A stretch of 63,162 nt of DNA, filler included, from Ionaspis alba (taxonomy: Eukaryota): NCBI GenBank assembly GCA_964255285.1. It is 20 parts of 20 records of this genome, joined end to end, with 100 filler letters (N's around TTAATTAATTAA, not from the genome) between each part and the next. Parts side by side here need not be neighbours in the genome. Positions count along the whole stretch, not along the records: positions 47,836 to 50,844 come from CAXUUL010001240.1; positions 50,945 to 53,952 come from CAXUUL010001241.1; positions 54,053 to 57,028 come from CAXUUL010001242.1; positions 57,129 to 60,098 come from CAXUUL010001243.1; positions 60,199 to 63,162 come from CAXUUL010001244.1; 15 more parts are not named here. The stretch is one strand, 5' to 3'. Under the pieces are notes generated by a model. It was given only the letters and a program-made list of their open reading frames with translations. It did not search any database and was not told the origin of the DNA. Of this stretch, positions 50,207-60,520 are shown piece by piece. The number at the start of each line of letters is the position of its first letter. Position 1 is the stretch's first letter. A program made the translations under genes and the position numbers.

Positions 50207-50944
50207 GGTTGCGGGGAGTGGAGATTCTGCTGTGTTTTACTTGTTATGGGGGTTAGATCTACGGTGTTGGGTCGGTTTACGACGATCTAATAGGGAGGAA
50301 TATTTGTTTGGGAAATTGGTTCCATTTCTTGTTGTCCTTATTAGGGAGAACATATGGGTCAGGGAGGTGCTGATGGACACATTGGATATCTCATAGATTG
50401 GGGCGGCTTATTCTGCTGTTTCCAGATTCAAATTCGAACTAGTCATATGCACTATCCTATAATCCATGAGAAGTAGTATGCTGGTCAGATCATTTTTTGT
50501 CCTCGGGATCAGGAGTTGTATGCGGAATCCTGAGATCAGATCGGCTGATCTATGCAAGCGCTCGATGCGCCTAAGGTAGTACTTGCTGCTGTGCCACATC
50601 AACTCGATAGATATATAGAGCGGGTGAAGGGAGCCATAAGTAAATGGTTGGTTCTAAAAGCGCTTGGAGCGGGTATTTTCCGGACCTATTCATCCTTAGC
50701 ACGAACCATCGTGTGATCCAACCGTTCATGCTGACGGTAGACTGGTGCCCCCGACGTCATTTACAGCGAGCCAGTCCCAACCCTCAATCTATTGACCCAC
50801 CACCCCACAGTTCCACGACATCAACCATTCAACCTCAAAACCATNNNNNNNNNNNNNNNNNNNNNNNNNNNNNNNNNNNNNNNNNNNNTTAATTAATTAA
50901 NNNNNNNNNNNNNNNNNNNNNNNNNNNNNNNNNNNNNNNNNNNN

Positions 50945-51599
50945 CAGAGATTGAAAGAGATACACAGAGAAAGGTCGTTCTCTATGATATTGTCAGTATC
51001 GTTTTTGTCAATTATTGAGTTACACTAACGCAGAATAGAGGTCTTGTTCTTCCTCGAACTCTTCCGGAGTGACAGGAGCATCGACATAGTATTCTTCAAA
51101 GCCTGAAGGCTGACTCTGATCACGAGAATGTCAAATGGTGAACATGTTAAGTAGACCAGAACTGGACTCTTACCATGCCTTTCTTCTTGTTCGACTTGCG
51201 TTTTTTCTTTTTCTTTGGAGCATCTCCAGCTCCTACAGCGACTTCTACACTATCATCACGCTCATCTCCTCCCCAGTTCTCCTCGCCACCTTGGTCTGTA
51301 GCTTTGCCTTGGGGATCGCTTCCCTGGGTCTGAACGTTGGCAGAGCTATTACCACTGACCTCACCCAACACATCCGAAGATGCAGGGGCGAGACCAGGCG
51401 ACGGCTCAGTGTGGTTGTTAGCTTGACGGATGGGAAGTGCTGGAGCATTCCTATCAATCGTGACTTTAGCACTTGGTTTAATAGTTCCTTGAATATTGTG
51501 GGATGAGATTGAGCTGGCCTCAGCAAGAGCAGCTTGTAAGCCTGCTTGAAAGGTATCATCACTACTAGCTTGGCCGAGTGATTGATTGGAACGATCCAT
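50945..51599 (-). CDS. ARB1: Argonaute-binding protein Arb1 (ARC complex) N-terminus (3' truncated)
   Basis: Exons 51174-51599 and 51030-51115, with the next from 50981: KKKKKRKSNKKKGM/SQPSGFEEYYVDAPVTPEEFEEE..LY/.ERPF. Confidence 0.78.
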
Positions 51600-52042
51600 T
51601 TTGTCGACTGGAAGATGTGTTCGGGATTGATTGGTCATAAGGAATGGATAATGAGATGGGACGAGAAAGAATTGATGAGACGAGTCGTTCACCAAATGAG
51701 ACCGTGGTGAACCACAAACGGCGGTAAAGAGTTAAACAGGGACGAAATACCAATCGAGCTTGAACATGATCAAGATAGGGCAAACATGATTCACTTCTTT
51801 GGGAGAGCGGCAGGAAAACAAACACATTCACGGATAAGTGAATATCAAGGCCGTACTTCCAAAGTCAGGTTTGTTCTACCACTTTTGTATCTTGTAGCTG
51901 TTCGATGACTGTTCAGCTACTCAAAGATTTAGCAGCAAAGTGTACTTGACTTCGCAGATCCAAAGCTCCACTGTAACGGCAGTGTTTGTCCATGCAAAGA
52001 AAAACCAGCCTTACAACTCATCCCCCATCAGACCGGGTGTTA

Positions 52043-52088
52043 CAGCTGTCACCCCTGTCACTTAGCTGCCACCTAGCTGTCACCTAGC
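52043..52088. promoter_or_regulatory. About 4 tandem copies of (T/C)AGCTG(T/C)CACC in the divergent ARB1/IPK intergenic region
   Basis: cagctgtcacc-cctgtcact-tagctgccacc-tagctgtcacc-tagc. A regulatory role is inference. Confidence 0.4.
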
Positions 52089-52251
52089 GTGGGGCACCCA
52101 GACCCCTCGGGGCGTACCTGGCAAAGCTGAGACACCAATCAGGACTCTCTCTGCTTTTATTATTTAAATAGCCTTCCCTCCCCATCTACCAGAATTTACT
52201 AGAACTATGTAGATCCTACACCAAGTTGCAAGTTGACTTACGGTCGCCATC

Positions 52252-53424
52252 ATGGCTTACCGACCGCTTCGCAAATCCCAACTCATCGCCTTCGATAATG
52301 CCGCTGCGGGCCAGTAAGTCTAACTTTCCACTCCCTAACCTCGATATTGCCCGAGATAAGGTCGAGCAGTGTTGATGAATACGTTTGGTAACAGTCCCGG
52401 TGTTCTGTCCGACCAGTCCGGTGAAGTCGTAGTCAAACCATGCAAAGCCGCCGAAATCGCCTTCTACGAGTCCTGCACCCAGCATCCCGAGTTCGCGAAT
52501 TACATCCCAACGTTCTGTGGCACGCTTGCTCTCGCTCAGGAAGGCTCTGATGCCGCCAGCGCCATCGCCACCATCAACAAGTCTACACTCACAGACGAAG
52601 TGCAGCAAAACGGTGTCCCGGCCCCTGTTACCAGCTGGACACCCTCCAATGGCGCGAAGATCGCGACCAATGAAGCTATTGTGCTCGAGAATGTAGCAGC
52701 TGGTCTAAGGAAACCGAATATCCTGGATGTCAAGCTTGGAGCGAGACTGTGGGCGGATGACGCACCGGAGCCGAAGAGGATCAAGCTGGATAAAGTCTCT
52801 GACGAAACAACAAGTCGAACGCTGGGGTTCCGGTTCGCGGGCATGAAAACCTGGCAGGGAGAAGGGGTGGAGGGAAAGGAGGACGTGGGATTGGATGGGT
52901 ACAAGAGTTATGACAAGGAATTTGGGAGACAGATGAGGGTGGAGAACGTGAAGCAGGGGTTTGAGGAATTCTTCTTCGTGGAAGGGGCGGGTATGGGGAG
53001 GAGGTATGCGAGGAGGATTATCAAGAGGTTTTTGGAGGACCTGAGAGGGCTGAAGGAGGTTTTGGAAAGGGAGGAGAGCAGGATGTATTCGGCGAGTTTG
53101 TTGTTTGTTTACGAGGGGGACGGGGCGAAGTTGGAAAGGGATTTCGAGATGGAGAAAGAGATTCTTGATGCTGAAGAGCACCCGGAGTCAAAGCAGGTCG
53201 ATGGGGAGAAGCCACAGCTCAAGGGTAGGGTAGTAGACGGTATGGACGGCGACGACGGTGACGAAGACAACGACAGCGAAAAGCTTGCATCTCTTCCAAA
53301 GATTCAAGCGGTCAAAATGATCGACTTCGCTCATGCGAACTGGACACCTGGAGAGGGACCGGACGAGAATGTCTTGCATGGCGTCAGGAACGTCATCAAG
53401 ATCTTAGAGGAGCTTCTTGTATAA
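52252..53424 (+). CDS. IPK2: Inositol polyphosphate multikinase (Ipk2/Arg82-like), 2 exons
   Basis: Exons 52252-52313 and 52395-53424. AAAGH, E.AFYE, PNILDVKLG, SASLLFVYEG, KMIDFAH. Confidence 0.9.
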
Positions 53425-54665
53425 CGACTATATATCAACGATCATGAAGACACGATTCTTGTAACACACTCTAGATACCCTTGGAAAGACCGTGTGCAAA
53501 TTTGAGCATATTCAAACAGAGTTCTCAACCGTCCCCCAATCTCTTTCCTGACTCTCGCCATAATAGCCGAGTCACAGTTGAAGTGTTAGGGCTATGTTAG
53601 TGGGCTGCGGAAGAGTGGCTATGCGCAGCCCGGAGACGGAGCCCTCGGGTGTGCTGTCCAATTCCCACCACTGATAAAGAGCTTCTCCTGTCCAATACGA
53701 TTCCGTTATCTCTATTATGGGGAGAAGATTGTCAACCCAATTGTTGGAGGACAAAAAATACACCGTCATTCATCTGCGGTCATGTTGCATTGTCTGGAGA
53801 ACTTTCGTGGACGTTTATTCAGGCAGAGGACTTTTACCATCTACTTTAGGTACTTTAAGTGAGTGAAATAGCCTCAGCCACTATCTCCTTCCATGCAAGC
53901 CCTGACACGGCTATTGTAGGAGATAATAGCATTGGTAAATTGAATCCTCCTGNNNNNNNNNNNNNNNNNNNNNNNNNNNNNNNNNNNNNNNNNNNNTTAA
54001 TTAATTAANNNNNNNNNNNNNNNNNNNNNNNNNNNNNNNNNNNNNNNNNNNNCTTGTAGCTCGACACGAAACAGTCACAGCTAGGTGCTTCTGCATCTGA
54101 TACGGCGACCCGCTCAGTTCTCGAGCTCCAACCACGAGGAAACTCCAAGGTAACAATGACAAGGAACTTCTCCAAGGATTGCATGTTACATTGCTGGTAT
54201 CAGTGGATCCATCTCTAGCCCCATACTGTCAGAAGGCTCTATCCATGCAATACGTGGTGCTTGAGATAAGCGTGACAGCCCCGATCAAGCATCAAAAGCG
54301 GCTGGGAGCTATGCTTGCTGCGGATGAAACAAGCTATCGCCAACGGCTTGATTCTGAAGCATACGAGCAGGGCAAGCGCCAGCATTTCCTAAGATAGAAA
54401 GAAACGTAGCTGATAGGCGGTCATAGGGTTTCAAGACGATAGAATAGTGCTCTGCGGCACAGCTCGGCGGCACAGCTCAGCGGTTGCGTAAGGAGGCAAG
54501 ACGGGCATATTGTCATTGTACACCTACTTAAAGGCGGTCATATACGCCTGAGCAACGAGCAATCCCATTCAATCAACAATTTAATTACATCAAAACATCA
54601 CAACATCACAAGTCTTATTCATCGTTAAACCAGTCCACCCCAACAACTATCGCTTATCAGTCCCT

Positions 54666-55139
54666 ATGTCTGTAACCTCCCGGACTGTGAAAAAGGTGGT
54701 TATTGGTGCCAACACGATTCCTATCGCCGTGGCCGAGTATGTTCGAGGCAATGGCTGGAAACGCCAGATCGACTCCATCGATAAAACCCTTCTTCAGGGA
54801 ACGGTAGAAAAAGTGGCAGCGGCGGTCACGGGATCCAATTTGGGGCTGACAAAGAACGAAAAGGACCGCACAGACAAAGTTGTTGTACAGTATGTGTGCA
54901 TTAGAGCAACGGTCCAAAATCGGGGGGGGGGGGCCCTAATCCTATACAGTTCCATGCCGCATCCTAGTCCAGAGGATCCTCGAGTCCACACCACAATCAC
55001 TGGAGAAGATAAAGCCGGGAAAGAGGTGTTTAGGAAACACGTTCCTTATGATCCGAGTACGGATGCTGTGAGTGTCTCCACCTGCGCTTGGACCTGATAG
55101 TCCATTAATGCTTAGCAGTCTTCCAGCGGTTCAAAATAG
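54666..55139 (+). CDS. Small uncharacterised protein (~120 aa) with H-x-S-x-x-D-x-x-x-H-x-T...H motif, 3 exons
   Basis: Exons 54666-54889, 54950-55067, 55116/55119-55139. Intron 1 is GTATGT..CTAAT..CAG, intron 2 is GTGAGT..TAG/CAG. A/C-rich leader upstream. Confidence 0.72.
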
Positions 55140-55470
55140 CATAGCTACAGCTATGCGCAACTGAATAGGAGCTTAGTTGTCAGTGTGATCGATAGAAGCA
55201 TATTTTGCAATATGGCGGTTTCTTGAGAGACTGGAGGTGTTGTGCAGAATAAGATTGTATTGGAAACCACCTTTGTTTTGCTAGATTATGTCTCATTTGT
55301 AGTAAAGCAAGTCGATTCAGTTCTTAGTTGAAAATATTGGCTGGGAATAGCATTGTATGTTCCAAAAGATTCACAATATTGATCAGAAGTAACAAAAGGA
55401 CGCATCGAGCAATTCCATTATGGATTCTAGTCGCTAATACTGACCTGTAAAAAGCGCTTCCAGATAGAGA

Positions 55471-56686
55471 TCATTTGAGATAGGGATGCTGTAGCGCCTC
55501 CACTGCCGTTGGTCTCTTCGTATGATCTAAGACAAGCAAGAATTCGATGAAGTCCAGAAGCTCCGGAGACACCTTTGGAGCAGATATTTTCTCGAGCTCT
55601 TGACGCAGGGTGCCAACGGTGATGAATTGCCTTTCCGAAGAATCGTCCCAATGCCTGAAAGAGCCCGTTTCGAGATATTCTGCTAAGGCAAATTCTTCGT
55701 CGTAGTTCGAGTCGACCGGCGATTCCATCGGCCCAATAAGCCGTCGTATCTTGGCGATGCACCAGGCCTCGGTCAGATCCTGAACGATTTTATCGTGCGG
55801 GCCGAAGATGGCTGAGTGCGATAGCCAATGCGCAAGCTTTTCTCTTAGCCAACAACCACGACGAAACAGAGGCATTGTCAAACCGTAACTCCAAGTGACC
55901 ACACGTCAGACGAATGCCAGACACCTAAGCCTTTCCACACCTCGGGAGCACGGCACTCAAGGCTCTGGAGACGCATCACGTCATACCCATCCTCAAACAC
56001 TGGACAAGTCAGCAAGGCTAGCAAATGGGCTGCAGGAACTCACTATTTCCTAGGTCTCCAACTTTGACGGTAGGGGAAGGGCTGTCAATATCAGAAAGGA
56101 AGATGTTATTCGGGTTGATATCTGTTTAGTCAGTAGTTGCTACGAGAGGAAGAGATTATTCGCTGACCTGTATGAACTGCGTTGTACTGTGTCTTGAGAA
56201 GAGCAAGTGCCGACAGTACTGATCTAGAGATGACTTTGGGCAGGACAGAATCTCGTCGAAATGGTTCAGACGGCACTTGCCACAAGTCATATTCCATCCA
56301 CTCGAAGACCATACCAGGCGGAGCTGTAGCTGTCTCATCTGCTTGCGGCGGACCTTCACCAGAATGCGGGTCGCGTTCAAGGATGTCATACTGACTGCGG
56401 ATATATGGGCTCGAGCGGATCCCAGGAATGAGGTAGTTGTTTCGCTCTCGCCTTAAAGCCTTCTTGGTAGGTTCCAATGCTGTTTTGACCACCGCACTAG
56501 ATAGCAGTAAGCTAGCATGTCGCATGTTACAAAAGTCAGCATAACTTACAACTCTGATTTGACCGTGAGGCTATCCAGCACTTGTGCTTTGAATACCGTT
56601 GGCGCATGGAGTGCATTCAGGAGGCGATATGTTGCGTAGCGTCCTCGTACGACCTGTCCCGTGCTCAATATCATCTCTTCAGGCAT
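55471..56686 (-). CDS. Divergent Ser/Thr protein kinase (CMGC/SRPK-related), 5 exons
   Basis: Exons 56550-56686, 56168-56496, 56044-56121, 55884-55999, 55471-55836. AVVK, HT/DINPNN, KVGDLG, RAPEVW, SDVWSLG, KRPTA.EAL.HPYL. Start codon uncertain. Confidence 0.88.
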
Positions 56687-58169
56687 CGTCAGCAGCTATG
56701 CACATGAGGTATTCCAAAGAGAGGCCGCGGTGCAGGAAGGTCTGGGCCTGCTGCACTATATCATGACGCTTTATCATGGTGGTCCTCGGATGAGCACGAG
56801 GTTGTAGGAGTGCAGGTTGCGGAGTGTGAAGTCTTCGATCATATTTCTCTATTCGCGCCTTAGCCGTCGATTGGCTTGGCAAGACTGGAGTAAGGGGGAT
56901 TCCAATTGCAAGAAAACGGTCGATCAACTCACTACAACGTCTCTTGTCTCATCAATGTCCGCCTTTAGATATGGACTACCAGAGAATTGACTTTATTTGA
57001 GGCCTGCGAGCAGCGTCGGCAACTTGAANNNNNNNNNNNNNNNNNNNNNNNNNNNNNNNNNNNNNNNNNNNNTTAATTAATTAANNNNNNNNNNNNNNNN
57101 NNNNNNNNNNNNNNNNNNNNNNNNNNNNTGTTTCGTGAATGACTCGCAGGACGAAGTCGTGGAAATAGTGGAGGCGCCAGCTTCGGTGTCGTGCTGCTAT
57201 ATGACTATCGATGGCTCTGCGGCGCCTTCACTGGATTGAATTGCCATCTTTGGTTGGGCCGGAGCATAATTCCGTTACGCTCACGGTGAGCTGCATACGA
57301 TGGAAGAAAAGTCGTTTCGTCTTGAACACCTACGAGTTCTTCCAGCTTTGAAATCTGGTTGTATAAAAGGTAGGTCGTGTGGGCAAGTTGCTGCGTTGCT
57401 CCAGGTATGAGGTCATGCTACGCTACCGCGGAGTGCCCAGCCTCGACGTTGGAGGGAATAGCTGAATTAATCAACTTTTGAAGATGGTGGAACTTGGATC
57501 GTTGTTGAATACACAAATATTTGTCTCGTTGTTATATGGACATGATGCCCTATATCCGTCCTTTTGCAGAACTTCAGAATCCACCAGCAACTCTGACTCT
57601 TTGTACAGCCCCTATTATTCCTTTGGCCCAGAAAAACCTCCCTGGGTCGACGCCTATTGCTCCCTCAGCTTGTTTCCAACCTTTTCCGTACCAAAAACCA
57701 TCTTGTCTTGATACTGTACCGTAGGCGTGAGTGTTCTGGTTCCGTCGAATGCCCTCAATTCAACCCGCACAGATCTCACATGATTCAACTATAACAAAGC
57801 CCTCCAGTAAGTGGCGCTAGATTCTCGACTTGATCTGGTCTCCTACACGGCGCTCAAAGCCAGAGTCTTCATGCGTTCGAGACTTCTGTCGCTTTGGACT
57901 CGGCTTTGTCATACGTAGAATTCGAGGAAGGAGTCTCAACCAACTTGTACACTGCGTGTATATATATTTTTCAGCACCCCGTGGTAACAACTGCAATGGG
58001 AAACGAAGAGCTGCGCCTAGTGGTGACAGTCTCTTTCAGCTGCATGCTGCGGTAAGGCAAGGATACCTAGATTATCAGTCCTGGCCATACCCCTGAAAAG
58101 GCTCGGAACAAGTACGCACCAGGTCGAGGAGCTGAACAGGATCGAGACCAGTCATAGCGTTATGCTTCA

Positions 58170-59386
58170 TCACCCTGCAACTATACACGTCTGCCCTAAC
58201 GACTGCATGTTGAAGTCCTCATCCAACCATTTCTTAGTCACCCCAGTAACCAGATTAACGTTGCTGTGCCATAACGAAGAGTATTCAATGTCTTCTATTG
58301 ACGAGACTCTCATCAAGTAGACCACTCTTATCTTGCCAATACGACGGAGAAGTACACCGTGAGCGTGCTTCAAAAACCTTTGCCACCGCCCTTGTGGTTT
58401 CCTCGCACAGGAGTAGTCTGCTAACACCATTGTACCTTCCGACACCCGAAAAAGCTTCCAACCGCAATCGAATTCGTCAATATAACATCCTACTTCAGGA
58501 AGTTGACAACTTGCTGGACCAAGCGGGCCCTGGAGACAACCGCGATGATATCCAACGGAGGTCTTGAACAACATGACAGAGAGTCGCTGCGTGGTTTTGA
58601 AAGCCACAATATCATGACATTTAGCTCGTTCGAGTGACCGCCCTGGCTGTCGACAATCTCGGCCCTGCAGTGCATTTAGGTTTAGAGGTCACCGGGCCGT
58701 AACAAATGACGTTTCAAACTTACTGAATGAACAAGAACCCATTCACTGTCGATAAGTTGCCTCATCAAGAGCATCTGTTTATCGCAATCAGATGCAGCCA
58801 GTTTAGCCTTCATGAAGATCAGTTCAAAGACAGCTATACTTCGAAATGTAATATAGTCTTGTAGCCTGAGTGTGGACTGGCCTTGGAGGACAGTTGCGAT
58901 ATATATGAGGGAGAAGAAATTCACAAAAGGAGTATCCGACCAAATAAATCTACCCGCCCTCCTCAGTGCAGTTATGGGAAGCGTGATGTGTTTCTTGCCG
59001 ATCACGAGAGAGGCAACAAAAGTAAGACCAAAAGTTCCTGCCACGATCATATTCAGAGGTAGGCTGTCGAGCGAAAGGTTCATAGCGACACTTGCCACCA
59101 GTGAAGTTGCCAATAGCAAAAATCCCGTATTTGTGAAATAGAGCTCGGCAAGATCACCTTCATAATCGAGTGAGAATATTGAAGTATAGGCGTCTAACAC
59201 AATCGAGGTGTTCACATGTGGACGTTTCTCATCGTGACGATGCGTAGAGATCCGCCACCACCGTAATGTTAGACGCCTAAGAACAGTGAGGACATTGGAG
59301 ATTTCTTTTAGAAGAACGGTGATGCAGCTATGAAGTAGAAGAGCACTGGCAAAATTGATTTGTGTCGCCCAAGGCACGGACGACAT
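58170..59386 (-). CDS. Orphan ~385-aa protein with an N-terminal multi-TM region, 2 exons
   Basis: ORFs 58682-59386 and 58170-58607 join in frame through a GTAAGT...CAG intron at 58665-58723. Confidence 0.6.
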
Positions 59387-60520
59387 ACTGAGAACACAGG
59401 ACGCAACATGTGCACCGATAGCGAAACAAGACTCTCCGGGCCTGATTGCAGACTTCAGTCCCTATAATACCAGAATACCCACCTGCCATGATGAGGTGGA
59501 TGCTGATAGCCGCCGTACTTTCTAATCACATCACCAATAGCAATTTGGCTGTGGGAGCACATAGTTGATCTTAGCTTGACCTGGTATCAGTCTGTGCGGG
59601 CCGTGGCAGCTACGCCGCGGCTTTGCAGAACGAGTTTCATGCACCACAACGATTCGGCTCAGCATTGCATTTCACTGGCCACTCAATGGCGATGCCGTCT
59701 GTTGTTGCCAGCGGCGACAATGCTCGGTTAAGGGGCTCAAGTGCGGCACCGAACCGCAGCGATTGGAGACGAGAACTTTGAGCGTCAGGATGCTGCCAGC
59801 CACAGTTGAGGAAGTTGACCTGTTGCCGCTATTCTAGTACTAATCGGGCATTGGCTCAGACAAGCATCCAAAAAGCATACTAAGGCGCGGCTGAGCCGGA
59901 TCCCGTTCTCCCCGGATCTTCCATGCCGCCATGCCATCCATTGCCAGCACAAGAGAGCGGGAAAACACGAACACTGCATACAGAGGTATTGGACGCTTGG
60001 AAGGGAAGGAGGGCGCGGCCTGGTTGGCCCTCGAGTTGGCTTCTCTATGGACTGCACCCATGCTTCCTGAATGCAAATCCACAGAAGCCTTTGAGCGGNN
60101 NNNNNNNNNNNNNNNNNNNNNNNNNNNNNNNNNNNNNNNNNNTTAATTAATTAANNNNNNNNNNNNNNNNNNNNNNNNNNNNNNNNNNNNNNNNNNNNAG
60201 TCCGGCTTCGACATTGGATGAATACCGTCCTAGCCTCTACTGATGAAAAGAGACACAGACGATCAGCCTTGAATGCCAACCTTTCTTCGCTGGTCGCCTC
60301 ATGTAATCGATCTTGGTTCCATCCACATTTGTGTCTGCTCCGCCAAGTGGAATTTTGACCAATCAGAATTGGGCGCTGGACTTGGTGCGCTAGTGATCTC
60401 TAAAGGAGCATGTTCAAAGTCGCGAATCCAAATGAGCCGCATCATTCCTGAGCCTGTGCTTCTCACTTATTCCACCATATCGTTCAGCCTACAAGTCCCC
60501 ATTCTTTCTCGCACCTGATC

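Noticed and set aside
3203..60154. Regularly spaced TTAATTAATTAA repeats resembling an array
   Set aside because: Always centred in 44+44 N and stops all six frames. It is an assembly linker, not CRISPR or satellite DNA.
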